From positions 426,664 through 490,663 of the forward strand of contig DATMAR010000012.1 of assembly GCA_035559795.1 (NCBI GenBank): a DNA stretch of 64,000 nt, read 5' to 3'. Below are positions 1-9,086 of the stretch, in pieces. The notes under the pieces are model-generated. The model made no database searches, was not told where the DNA came from, and saw only the letters and a list, made by a program, of their open reading frames with translations. The first letter of the stretch is position 1; each line of letters opens with the position of its first letter. The translations under genes and the position numbers were made by a program. This stretch comes from Fimbriimonadales bacterium. Lineage in GTDB: Bacteria > Armatimonadota > Fimbriimonadia > Fimbriimonadales > ATM1.

Positions 1-1
1 C

Positions 2-1711
2 AAAATTGACGTCCTGAAAAGCGCAGGGAAACTCAGAAACTTGCGTTCGCTCATCGATGAAAGAAAACCCTCGTCGCATATCGCAATGGCGCATTCGCGA
101 TGGGCAACGCACGGCGCACCGACGGATTCAAACGCGCATCCCCATTACGACCAAAACGAAAAAATCGCTGTCATTCACAACGGAATTATCGAAAATTATT
201 ACGAACTCACGAAAGAACTCAAAGAAAAGGGACATGTTTTTCGCAGCGAAACCGATACGGAAGTTGCGGCTCATGTAATCGGTGAAGAGTACGAGAAATG
301 CGGACAAATCGTGGAGGCTGTTCGGCGTGCGATTCGTCGTTTCCGGGGGGCTTTCGCAATGGTCGTTTTATGCGTGGATGAACCAGACAAAATCGTAGCA
401 GTCCGAAATGCCAGCCCTTTAGTTATCGGAATCGGAAAAGGGGAAAATTTCTTAGCAAGTGACATTCCTGCACTTCTTCCCTACACACGAGAAGTAATCA
501 TCTTAGAAGAAGGGGATTTGGCGGTTCTTACACAAAACGAAATTTATTTAGAAGATGCCGAAAGTCGCCCCAAATTGCCGAATAAACAATACATAGATTG
601 GGACATCGAAGCAGCAGAAAAAGGCGGCTACGAACATTTCATGATAAAAGAAATTCACGAACAACCTATTGCAATACGACAATGCTTAAGCGGAAGACTT
701 CTGAAAGATGGCTCGATACGGCTTCCGGATACTTTCTCGGTCGAAGAATGGAAACGTTTCGAAAGGTTCGTTATCGTTGCCTGCGGAACTGCTTACAATG
801 CAGGACTCTTGGGAAAGTACATCGCTGAAGGTCTTCTGCGTATACCGGTCGAAGTGCAATACGCAAGTGAATTTCGTTACAACAACCCCATTCTTCACGA
901 AACCGATTTGGTCATCGTAATCAGCCAAAGCGGAGAAACCGCAGATACGATTGCCGCCCTTCGATTGGCGAAAGAAAAAGGAATTAAAACGCTCGGGATC
1001 GTGAATGTCGTCGGAAGCACGGTTGCACGCGAAGTTGACGCCGTTCTTTATACGCAAGCAGGTCCAGAAATTTGTGTGGCCAGCACGAAAGCGTATACCG
1101 CTCAAGCGACCGTCCTTACCCTCATCGCTCTTTATTTGGGTCATTTGAAAAACACCGATAACGAAAAACTCGCACTCTTAACGAGTGAACTCCAACGCCT
1201 CCCAGACTTATTGGATTCCACTCGGAAATTAGACGAACCTATCAGCAAAATCGCAGAAAAGATTTATCGAACGAATCTCATGTTTTTCCTCGGACGCGGT
1301 GCAGACGCTGCGGTCGCTATGGAAGGCGCTCTGAAAATGAAAGAGATCGCTTATATCCCTACGCAAGAATCGCCGACGGGTGAGATGAAACACGGGCCTT
1401 TGGCTTTAGTAGAACCAGGTGTCGTCGCGATTTTCGGTTCGACCAATCCGCTGACTCGAGAAAAAGTCATAAGCAATATCAAAGAAATAAAAGCACGGGG
1501 GGGCACCACGGTTGCGATTCTCTTGGAAGGAGATTCGATTACTACTGAAATTGCGGATTATGCGATTCATCTTCCTCATATAGATTCTCACCCCATCGCC
1601 GCTCTGGTTAGCGTGATGGCGTATCAATTCCTCGCCTATCACGTCGCCCGCTTGCGAGGCTGCGATATAGACCAACCACGCAACTTAGCCAAATCCGTAA
1701 CGGTAGAGTAA
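2..1711 (+). CDS. glmS: Glutamine--fructose-6-phosphate aminotransferase (isomerizing), 5' end truncated by window edge
   Basis: The frame is open from base 2. It shows glutaminase-domain motifs (HSRWATHG, NAHPH, IAVIHNGIIENY), SIS-domain motifs (ISQSGETADT, GPEICVASTKAYT) and the family C-terminus AKSVTVE*. The N-terminal Cys region lies outside the window. Confidence 0.95.
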   Translation, partial: KIDVLKSAGKLRNLRSLIDERKPSSHIAMAHSRWATHGAPTDSNAHPHYDQNEKIAVIHNGIIENYYELTKELKEKGHVFRSETDTEVAAHVIGEEYEKCGQIVEAVRRAIRRFRGAFAMVVLCVDEPDKIVAVRNASPLVIGIGKGENFLASDIPALLPYTREVIILEEGDLAVLTQNEIYLEDAESRPKLPNKQYIDWDIEAAEKGGYEHFMIKEIHEQPIAIRQCLSGRLLKDGSIRLPDTFSVEEWKRFERFVIVACGTAYNAGLLGKYIAEGLLRIPVEVQYASEFRYNNPILHETDLVIVISQSGETADTIAALRLAKEKGIKTLGIVNVVGSTVAREVDAVLYTQAGPEICVASTKAYTAQATVLTLIALYLGHLKNTDNEKLALLTSELQRLPDLLDSTRKLDEPISKIAEKIYRTNLMFFLGRGADAAVAMEGALKMKEIAYIPTQESPTGEMKHGPLALVEPGVVAIFGSTNPLTREKVISNIKEIKARGGTTVAILLEGDSITTEIADYAIHLPHIDSHPIAALVSVMAYQFLAYHVARLRGCDIDQPRNLAKSVTVE

Positions 1712-1734
1712 AGGTTTTTCTTATCGTTTCTATC

Positions 1735-1818
1735 GTAGGAGCGCCGTAAGGCGCGAAATAAAACATAGGAGTGTCGTAAGGCGCGATATAAAAAACGTCA
1801 GCGCCGCTAGGCGCGATA
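1735..1818. repeat. REP-like hairpin repeat, tandem triplet (locus 1)
   Basis: Three units at about 1735-1758, 1765-1788 and 1797-1818 (about 31-nt period) of GTAGGAGCGCCGTAAGGCGCGA. The core is a GCGCC-N4-GGCGC hairpin. It is the reverse complement of the units at 15641-15733 and 44997-45103. Confidence 0.85.
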
Positions 1819-1865
1819 GAAACCAAAACCTGCCCCAAGGAGTTACACATAATAGTAATCAGAAC

Positions 1866-3731
1866 GTGAGCACGCATTCCTCCACGCTCGGCAAATACCA
1901 AATCATCCGGGAAATTGCCCGGAGCAACGACATTGTCTACGAAGCCTACGACCCCGAGATGAACCGCCGAGTGGCGCTCAAGGAACTCTTCATGCCCCCA
2001 GGAGTGAGCGAGCGTCAACAAAAAGAGCGCTTGGAGCGATTCAAGAGGGAAGCGCGCGCCGCAGGGTCGCTTTCTCATCCCAACATCGTCGTGATTTACG
2101 ACTTCGGCGAAGAAAACGGTCGCTACTACATCGCCATGGAATATCTGGAAGGGCAAACCCTTCGCAATCGTCTCGATGCGGGAGGCGCTCTTCCCCAAGA
2201 AGAGGCGTGCAAGATTTTATGCGAGGTTTTGGACGCTCTCGCCTATGCACACGAACGAGGAATCATCCATAGAGATATCAAACCTGAAAATATCCAACTT
2301 CTTCCGGACGGCAGAATCAAACTAACGGATTTCGGCATCGCTCGACTCACCTTCGAACCCTCATTAACCGCCGACGGGCAGGTTTTCGGCACTCCGAGTT
2401 ATATGTCGCCGGAACAAATCGTCGGTCGAGACATCGATGCTCATAGCGACATTTTCAGTTGTGGAATCGTTCTTTATGAAGCGATTTCCGGACGAAAACC
2501 GTTCACCGGAGACAACGTGGTCGCTATTAGTCATTCGATTATGCATGTCGACCCCCCCGACCCGGTGAATGCAAGTTATCCCATCATTCATATCATTAAG
2601 AAGGCATTAGACAAATCACCGTCAGAGCGATTCGCATCGGCAAAACAAATGAAGCGCGCCATCGAAGAGGCTTTACAAGCACTGAAGTCCGACCCGTATT
2701 TAGCGCAAACCCCCCCCTCTTTGTTTCAAACGTCGCAACCTTACTCCTATCCACAGCCGAGTCCGTACGGACCAGGTCCCTATTCTGGTCAACATCCGGC
2801 ACCTTACAACCCTTATTCGCAACAAACGCCAGGAACACCCTACGGACAACCTTACGGTCAACCTTCAAGCCAATATAGTCAGCAGTACCCCCCCGGAACA
2901 CAGCAATATCCTCCCTCTTTCCCCCCCTTCCCGCCTGGTTGGTTTAGTCCCCCCCCAAGAAAACCTCTCTTGAGTCCTGCTGCTGCGGATTTTTTGAAAA
3001 AGACTTTTCTGGTCGTGTTCTTCGGTGGGGTTCTTCTCGCGCTTGCTGTCATCGGAGTGATGGCTTTGAACACGGCTGCAGAACGTCACCAGAACTTGCG
3101 GTGGGATGAAGAAAGAATCGGCCGTTCCGTCGAAGAAGCGATTGCTATCGCAAATCGAGATTACGATGAAGGTATCGAAAGACTGTTGCGTCTAAAAGAC
3201 TCTTCGCGCTCGGATAAGTTCCGAAACATCATAAGCAGCGCACTTTCGGAAATTTACATTCGTAAAGGAGAAACCTTCTCTTCACGAGGAGAACTACAGC
3301 GCGCACACGACTTTTTCCAATTGGCAGTCGAAGAAAATCCAGAGAACCCTTTCGCGCATTTGCATCTGGCTCGCGCCTATAAAGAATTAGCGGCAAAGAA
3401 TCAAGCTCTGCCTGAACGGATATCTCTGTACGAAAACTCGCGCGACGCTTACGAAGATACCTTACAAAAAATTGTCGAACACGAAAAGGAGTTGCAAACG
3501 GAATGGATGGCAGAAATACGGAGACTTGGTTATTCGAATTATCCTCTGTTTGCACAAGAGATTCGTCGTGAAGCAGCGGATACGATGATTCTACTCGCAC
3601 TCGAGTTACTGTCTCAAGGTCGGAACGTGGAGGCGGAAATCGAACTCCACCGTGCGATGGGTGTCGCCCCCCCGAATTCTTTTGAGTATTCTCGAGCAGA
3701 GGAAGCACTAGGAAAAATCCAAGGTAATTAA
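1866..3731 (+). CDS. Hanks-type Ser/Thr protein kinase with P/Q/Y-rich linker, one TM helix and a helical-repeat (TPR-like) C-terminal domain
   Basis: Kinase motifs VALKEL, HRDIKPENI, DFGIA and GTPSYMSPE. These are followed by a low-complexity PYxQ linker, a TM helix (FLVVFFGGVLLALAVIGVMAL) and about 200 aa of helical repeats. GTG start. Confidence 0.9.
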   Translation: MSTHSSTLGKYQIIREIARSNDIVYEAYDPEMNRRVALKELFMPPGVSERQQKERLERFKREARAAGSLSHPNIVVIYDFGEENGRYYIAMEYLEGQTLRNRLDAGGALPQEEACKILCEVLDALAYAHERGIIHRDIKPENIQLLPDGRIKLTDFGIARLTFEPSLTADGQVFGTPSYMSPEQIVGRDIDAHSDIFSCGIVLYEAISGRKPFTGDNVVAISHSIMHVDPPDPVNASYPIIHIIKKALDKSPSERFASAKQMKRAIEEALQALKSDPYLAQTPPSLFQTSQPYSYPQPSPYGPGPYSGQHPAPYNPYSQQTPGTPYGQPYGQPSSQYSQQYPPGTQQYPPSFPPFPPGWFSPPPRKPLLSPAAADFLKKTFLVVFFGGVLLALAVIGVMALNTAAERHQNLRWDEERIGRSVEEAIAIANRDYDEGIERLLRLKDSSRSDKFRNIISSALSEIYIRKGETFSSRGELQRAHDFFQLAVEENPENPFAHLHLARAYKELAAKNQALPERISLYENSRDAYEDTLQKIVEHEKELQTEWMAEIRRLGYSNYPLFAQEIRREAADTMILLALELLSQGRNVEAEIELHRAMGVAPPNSFEYSRAEEALGKIQGN

Positions 3732-3744
3732 ATTCGCGAGAGGG

Positions 3745-4191
3745 TTATAACTCCGAGGTACAGTAAGGACAACGCTTCGCTGCAAGGGCAATCTGAGAAA
3801 CACAATAAGGACACGTTTTCGTTTGCGGTGAAGGAAGCGCTTCACGCGCTTCCAAACTCCTCCTCAGGCGATTAATCCATTTCACTAAGAAAAACACACA
3901 GGCTGCGACAATAAAGAAACTCAGCACGTTATTGATAAAAATCCCGTAGTTAATTGTCGCTGCGCCTGCTTTCTTCGCCTCCTCTAAACTCGCATACTTC
4001 GTGCCAGAAAGATTGATAAAAAGTTCAGAAAAATCCACCTTTCCCAAAATCAATCCAATGGGCGGCATAATGATATCTTTCACGAGGGAATCTACGACTT
4101 TCCCGAAGGACGCACCCATGATTACACCCACAGCGAGGTCAATCACGTTCCCTCGCATGGCGAATTCACGAAATTCCTTCAGCACCGACAT
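3745..4191 (-). CDS. mscL: Large-conductance mechanosensitive channel MscL with C-terminal CxxC...CxxC zinc-ribbon tail
   Basis: [39 protein letters not shown] matches the MscL N-terminus. The tail is [23 protein letters not shown] prefer the second ATG (4191) because the upstream in-frame ATG (4206) is followed by AAGGAGG placed 5 nt before it. Confidence 0.9.
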   Translation of the reverse strand: MSVLKEFREFAMRGNVIDLAVGVIMGASFGKVVDSLVKDIIMPPIGLILGKVDFSELFINLSGTKYASLEEAKKAGAATINYGIFINNVLSFFIVAACVFFLVKWINRLRRSLEAREALPSPQTKTCPYCVSQIALAAKRCPYCTSEL

Positions 4192-4230
4192 CGCAGCCTC
4201 CTTCATCCTGAGAAATTCAAAAATTTGAAA

Positions 4231-4593
4231 TCAGATTTTTTCGTAATCTTCTTTGATGAAACGACTATACCACTGCTCGTATTCCTCTGGAGTGACTAAA
4301 TGAAGTTGCAAGGGAACTAACATGGGAAAATGACTTCGGATTTGCGCTTTTATTTTCAGTTGCTCACGATAATCTTTAGGCATATTTTTAGAAAGAATAA
4401 GAATGTCTATATCGCTGTTCGGTCCTGCCTTCCCCTTCACGACAGAACCGAAAACCATAACCTCTACACTCCCTAAAAGAGACTCAGCAATTTTTTTGAC
4501 CTCGACTGCAATAGCTCGATAATTCTTTTGATGTTCTCGAACTTCGTGTACGATATCAGAAAGGATGGCAAAATGCGAAGGTTTATCCGACAA
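4231..4593 (-). CDS. Minimal nucleotidyltransferase (MNT) domain protein
   Basis: GS-x10-DxD signature (VFGSVVKGKAGPNSDIDILI). It is 120 aa and overlaps the upstream HEPN gene by 11 nt. Confidence 0.8.
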   Translation of the reverse strand: MSDKPSHFAILSDIVHEVREHQKNYRAIAVEVKKIAESLLGSVEVMVFGSVVKGKAGPNSDIDILILSKNMPKDYREQLKIKAQIRSHFPMLVPLQLHLVTPEEYEQWYSRFIKEDYEKI

Positions 4594-4978
4594 ACTTTTC
4601 TCCGGTTATTTGTTCTGTTATTCTTATGAACTCGATTGCGTATTTCTGAATTTCCTCTATCAGTTCCTCTGAGTATTCCTTAGGCAAATAACGGCTCGTA
4701 ATGTAAGCATCCTCTAAAGTACTGAAAAAAAGGGGGGATTTATGAAAAAAGACACTCAAAGGTTCACTCTCAGGATAAACTCTTACGAATTCATTAATCA
4801 ATCTCTCGAAACTGTGTGTTTTCGGGAATTCCCCTGTGTTTTTTTGAATTAAATATTTCAACCATAACTGACACGCTTGTTCTAAATGAAATGCCGCTAA
4901 ATTATATTTACGGTTCTTCTTGAGAATATCAGCTTCTTCCCAAAAATCTTTGGCTCTTTGTTTTAGAAAATCATCCAT
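4583..4978 (-). CDS. HEPN domain protein (KNTase-C/PF05168-like)
   Basis: All-helical 131 aa protein. FHLEQACQLWLKYL...PKTHSFERL and AYITSRY resemble the HEPN family. It is paired with the MNT gene. Confidence 0.7.
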   Translation of the reverse strand: MDDFLKQRAKDFWEEADILKKNRKYNLAAFHLEQACQLWLKYLIQKNTGEFPKTHSFERLINEFVRVYPESEPLSVFFHKSPLFFSTLEDAYITSRYLPKEYSEELIEEIQKYAIEFIRITEQITGEKFVG

Positions 4979-4993
4979 GAAAAAAAACTGAAA

Positions 4994-6088
4994 TTACGCC
5001 ACGGTAATCTCTTTGCTCAAATATACGTCCTGTATCGCGTTCAGTATCTTTACGCCCTCTTCGAATGGTCTCTGAAATGCTTTGCGGCCGGAAATCAAAC
5101 CCATTCCACCTGCCCGCTTGTTAATCACTGCGGTCGCAACGACTTCCTGTAAGTCGTTCTCTCCGGATACCCCCCCCGAATTAATCAAGCCAGCACGACC
5201 CATGTAGCAATTCGCTACCTGATAGCGCACCATATCGATCGGATGGTCGCTCGTCAATTCCGAATAAACACGTTTGTCCGTCTTTCCATAAGGACTTTCT
5301 TGCCCTAACACTAGATACCCTCCGTTGCATTCGGGAAGTTTTTGCTTCACGATATCCGCTTCGATGGTTACTCCTAAATGATTCGCTTGACCCGTCAAAT
5401 CCGCTGCAACGTGATAATCCTTGTCTCTCTTGAAAGCAGGGTTTCTCAAATAACACCAAAGAACGCATGCCATCCCGAGTTCGTGCGCCCGTGCGAAAGC
5501 CTGAGACACTTCGACGATTTGTCGCCCGCTCTCTTCACTTCCGAAATAAATCGTCGCCCCCACCGCGACAGCACCGAGTTCCCATGCCTGTTCTACGCCA
5601 GCGAACATTATCTGGTCGTATTTGTTCGGATAGGTCAACAACTCGTTGTGATTGAGTTTTACGATGAACGGAATCTTGTGCGCGTATTTTCTGCTGCACG
5701 CGCCGAGAACCCCTAACGTGCTTGCAATCGCATTACAACCCCCTTCGATGGCGAGACGAATGAGATTCTCCGGGTCGAAATAATCCGGGTTCTTCGCAAA
5801 CGAGGCTCCTGCGCTATGCTCTACTCCCTGATCTACGGGAAGGATGCTGAGATAGCCAGTCCCTGCCAGTCTGCCGTGATTGAAAATAGTCTGAAGGCTT
5901 CGAAGCACTCTATTGGGCCGGTCGGACTGAGCGACGACACGGTCAACGAAATCCGGTCCTGGAAGGTGAAGTTTTTCCTTGGGAATCGTCTTGCAGGTAT
6001 GACCCAGTAAATCCTGAGCCTTCGAGCCGAGTATGTCAACGACTGTGGGGTACTTTTCCGCGATTGCCATACTTTTATTGTAACTCAA
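4994..6088 (-). CDS. fbaB: Class I fructose-bisphosphate aldolase (FbaB/DhnA type)
   Basis: Long stretches match E. coli FbaB as I recall it: [66 protein letters not shown]. The start may be the ATG at 6070 rather than the TTG at 6088. Confidence 0.93.
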   Translation of the reverse strand: MSYNKSMAIAEKYPTVVDILGSKAQDLLGHTCKTIPKEKLHLPGPDFVDRVVAQSDRPNRVLRSLQTIFNHGRLAGTGYLSILPVDQGVEHSAGASFAKNPDYFDPENLIRLAIEGGCNAIASTLGVLGACSRKYAHKIPFIVKLNHNELLTYPNKYDQIMFAGVEQAWELGAVAVGATIYFGSEESGRQIVEVSQAFARAHELGMACVLWCYLRNPAFKRDKDYHVAADLTGQANHLGVTIEADIVKQKLPECNGGYLVLGQESPYGKTDKRVYSELTSDHPIDMVRYQVANCYMGRAGLINSGGVSGENDLQEVVATAVINKRAGGMGLISGRKAFQRPFEEGVKILNAIQDVYLSKEITVA

Positions 6089-6110
6089 ATTACCATGGTG
6101 TGAACATTCC

Positions 6111-6139
6111 TTGGTTACTCTTAAATTACGTTGTATAAT
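6111..6139 (+). promoter_or_regulatory. Sigma-70-like promoter (TTGGTT-17 nt-TATAAT) upstream of the prepilin-like gene
   Basis: -35 TTGGTT at 6111-6116 and -10 TATAAT at 6134-6139 with a 17-nt spacer. An AGGAG RBS lies 7 nt before the ATG at 6180. Confidence 0.5.
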
Positions 6140-6179
6140 TCAAAAAAGTTAGAGGATTTTTGAAAATTAGGAGCAAGCG

Positions 6180-6950
6180 ATGACCTCTAGAAAGACCGCA
6201 TTTACCCTGATCGAGCTCCTCGTCGTAATCGCGATTATCGCCATTCTCGCCGCCATCCTATTCCCCGTTTTTGCACGTGCGAAGGAGAAAGCGAAACAGA
6301 TTGCCTGCCTAAACAACGCGAATCAAATGGGTAAAGCACTTATGCTCTATGCCGGCGACTATGACGATCGTCTGATGACACGCCCAGATAACAATTACCC
6401 TTGGACCGACGAAGATGCATGGTACACATGGCTCGATTGGGTCAACCCATATGTCAACAACATGATTGTGCGCAAATGCCCTGCCTATGACGAACCCTAT
6501 CCAATCCCCGATTACTGGGGAGTGGACCGCGCTACCTATACGACTTACATTATCAATTACGATGTGATAGGAGATTATGACGACGCTCTCAATGCGTACT
6601 TTTCGATGATTGAATATCCAGCGACTACGATGCTTATTGCAGAAAGCGCTTCGGGATTCACATGGTTTTCTGGAGACGAATGGTGGAATACATGGACGTG
6701 CGCAGATATGATTATGCACAACAGCGGAATGCATTATAAAGAATATTTATCCGTTAAACGAACATTGAGCGGCAACCAAACCGACCAAAGCAAATTCGCA
6801 TTCCAAGCGAATGTCGTTTTGATTGCCGCAGATAGTCACGCGAAAGCAGCGAAAATGTCGAACGATCGCCCCAGAAAGATCGTAAACGGAAAAATCATCG
6901 AACCCTTCTGGGGGGGCATGACGTGCGACCCGAAACTTACAGAGTTTTAA
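6180..6950 (+). CDS. Prepilin-type N-terminal cleavage/methylation domain protein (DUF1559-like)
   Basis: The N-terminus [33 protein letters not shown] is the classic type IV pilin/pseudopilin leader plus hydrophobic helix. The C-terminal part carries the AADSH motif typical of the DUF1559 group. Confidence 0.85.
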   Translation: MTSRKTAFTLIELLVVIAIIAILAAILFPVFARAKEKAKQIACLNNANQMGKALMLYAGDYDDRLMTRPDNNYPWTDEDAWYTWLDWVNPYVNNMIVRKCPAYDEPYPIPDYWGVDRATYTTYIINYDVIGDYDDALNAYFSMIEYPATTMLIAESASGFTWFSGDEWWNTWTCADMIMHNSGMHYKEYLSVKRTLSGNQTDQSKFAFQANVVLIAADSHAKAAKMSNDRPRKIVNGKIIEPFWGGMTCDPKLTEF

Positions 6951-6968
6951 CAATTTGAAGAATATTTC

Positions 6969-7577
6969 TCATTCCAGGGTTAGACGAGTAAGTTCTTCCT
7001 GAATCCATTTCACGATTTCTTCCGTCGAAGTCTCCTTCGAAAATCTTTTCGGCTCCCCGATTCTCACTCTAACCCCCCCGAATGCAGGACGTGGAATAAG
7101 AGAACGAAAAGGCATTATCCGATTCGTCCCTCGCAGACCCACACACAAAACCGGAACACCGGTCATGCGCGCAATCATCGCAGCCCCCGGCTGAATCGGC
7201 TGCAACTGCCCCGATTCACTCAACTGGCCTTCGGGAAAAATTACGACCGCCTCTCCACGCTCCAGATAATGCATCGCCATTCGTATTGCAGCCCTATCAG
7301 GTGCACCCCGCTTTACCGGAAACGCTCGCAACCACCGAATCAACCCACCGAAAAACCGAATCCTGAAAAGCTCTTCTTTCGCCATGAAATAAACGGGTCT
7401 TTGTATCGCGTAAGCGACGACTGGAGGGTCACAATCGCTGATATGATTCGCCAACACGAGTAAAGGACCACTCTTCGGCACCTTTTCTCTTCCCTCGACC
7501 CGCACTGGGCCAAAAAGAAACATTACCAATGCAAGCGGAAATTTCCCTATCTGGAAAAACCACGAAGGGTACGGCAC
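6969..7577 (-). CDS. plsC: 1-acyl-sn-glycerol-3-phosphate acyltransferase
   Basis: HX4D motif (NHISDCD), FPEG motif, size 202 aa. Confidence 0.85.
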   Translation of the reverse strand: MPYPSWFFQIGKFPLALVMFLFGPVRVEGREKVPKSGPLLVLANHISDCDPPVVAYAIQRPVYFMAKEELFRIRFFGGLIRWLRAFPVKRGAPDRAAIRMAMHYLERGEAVVIFPEGQLSESGQLQPIQPGAAMIARMTGVPVLCVGLRGTNRIMPFRSLIPRPAFGGVRVRIGEPKRFSKETSTEEIVKWIQEELTRLTLE

Positions 7578-7694
7578 TCCAGTATTATGCTATTGGAAAC
7601 CCGAAAGGCAGTATAACTTCGCTATAGGAAATTCACGCTTGCCCTTGGGTTGAATAAATGAAATGCGACTTCTATCGCTAAAAAGGAGGTTCAT

Positions 7695-8819
7695 ATGAAC
7701 ATCAATGAACAAAACCTTCGCTTACTCGAAACGAAATACGCTGACTACCTCGAAGGCTCTTTAGTGGATGAGTTTTTGAACGACTTCGGCATCAAATTCG
7801 CCGCGGGACATTGGTGTGCAGGCGAGTTTTACGATAGGTTTTGTCCCGTGGGCTACAACAGCAACATAAATTTCGACAACAGTGTTCCTGCTCAAATCTC
7901 TCGCGTTGCGAAAGCCGGAATCAAAGGAATCGAATTTCACAATGTCCTTTTCACCAGCAAAGACGGCAAAGATCCAGAAAAAATCGAGGAAGCCCGGAAA
8001 GCTCTCGAGCAACACAATGTCGTAGCAACGAACATGAACATGAATACCTGGACAGACCCGAAATGGAAATTCGGAGGAATTACGCATCCAGATCCTTCAG
8101 TTCGTAAAGATGCCCTCGCCATGTGTTTAGAAGGAGTGGAAATTGCAAAAGAACTCGGATGTGTGTCATGTAACATCTGGCCTGGAAGTGACGGTTGGGA
8201 TTATCACTTCGAAACGAACTACGGAAAGCGTTTCGATTGGTATATCGAAGGATGTACGAAGATTGCAAAAAAATGCGATGAAAAAGGACTCAAATTCGGA
8301 ACAGAACCCAAACAGAAAGAACCTCGCGAAGGAAATATGATTGTGAACACGGTCGCAAAAGCCGCTATCGTTGCTTTAGAAGTCAACAAAAATCTCGGCA
8401 AAACCGTGATGGGTGTAGTGATTGACTATGGTCACGAACAAATGGTCGGAAACACCCCTGCCGATTCTTTATATATGTTGAAACGCGTCGGTGTGCCCAT
8501 AGCGAATTTCCATATCAACGGTGCGAAATACAACAGCAACGACGAAGACCGCATCGCTGGCACGGACGACATCTGGAGACTCGTGGATTTCTGCTATGCG
8601 GCTATAGACACGGGATATGACGGTTGGTTCGGAGAAGACCAATTCACGTATCGCACGGAGCAAGTAGTCTCGATGAGGTTGAGCATGGAATTCTTTGCAA
8701 ACTGCATGAAAAAAGCGATGAAAATCTATGCGAAACGAAACGAGTTGGAAAAAGCGCAATCCTCCGGAGATGCAGCGAACACCATACAAGTCGTAAAGCG
8801 CATTTTGTACTCCGGATAA
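7695..8819 (+). CDS. Xylose isomerase-family sugar isomerase (divergent, class I XylA-like TIM barrel)
   Basis: Collinear with class I xylose isomerase motifs: FAAGHW, FHN, EPKQKEPRE, GHEQM, HINGAKYNSNDEDRIAG. AAGGAGG RBS before the ATG. Confidence 0.7.
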   Translation: MNINEQNLRLLETKYADYLEGSLVDEFLNDFGIKFAAGHWCAGEFYDRFCPVGYNSNINFDNSVPAQISRVAKAGIKGIEFHNVLFTSKDGKDPEKIEEARKALEQHNVVATNMNMNTWTDPKWKFGGITHPDPSVRKDALAMCLEGVEIAKELGCVSCNIWPGSDGWDYHFETNYGKRFDWYIEGCTKIAKKCDEKGLKFGTEPKQKEPREGNMIVNTVAKAAIVALEVNKNLGKTVMGVVIDYGHEQMVGNTPADSLYMLKRVGVPIANFHINGAKYNSNDEDRIAGTDDIWRLVDFCYAAIDTGYDGWFGEDQFTYRTEQVVSMRLSMEFFANCMKKAMKIYAKRNELEKAQSSGDAANTIQVVKRILYSG

Positions 8820-8872
8820 TCGCTTGTACTTCGGATGAATCATTTGTGCACAGGATAAAGTCACACAAAATC

Positions 8873-8900
8873 GGTTCCCCTTGCGTAAGCAGGGGGAACC
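8873..8900. terminator. GC-rich hairpin between convergent genes
   Basis: GGTTCCCC-12 nt loop-GGGGAACC. There is no clean U-tract on the + strand and only a weak one (GATTTTG) on the - strand. Confidence 0.3.
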
Positions 8901-9020
8901 TTACGGAGGGGGTAATTCTTTTTCGCTTCATCCACAATTGGCACTTTCACATAAATCTCTTTCACTTTATGCAGCGAATTGTTAGGAAACCCGCGCTTTT
9001 ACTTTAATATAGAAAGAATA

Positions 9021-9048
9021 AAAAAATTGGGGTTGCTTTCGCAACCCC
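9021..9048 (-). terminator. Rho-independent terminator of the 9087-10658 gene
   Basis: On the - strand: GGGGTTGC-GAAA-GCAACCCC followed by AATTTTTTTATTC, 38 nt after the stop codon. Confidence 0.8.
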
Positions 9049-9086
9049 GAATTTCATTTCAAAACAAAGGAATCAGTTCTCAAAAA

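Noticed and set aside
1735-1818. Could the triplet repeats (here, at 15639-15733 and at 44997-45103) be mini CRISPR arrays?
   Set aside because: The units are only about 22 nt. The spacers are 8-20 nt and are partly identical within a locus. There are only three units per locus, the same unit occurs inverted and as a singleton, and no cas genes are present. The pattern fits REP-like elements, not CRISPR.
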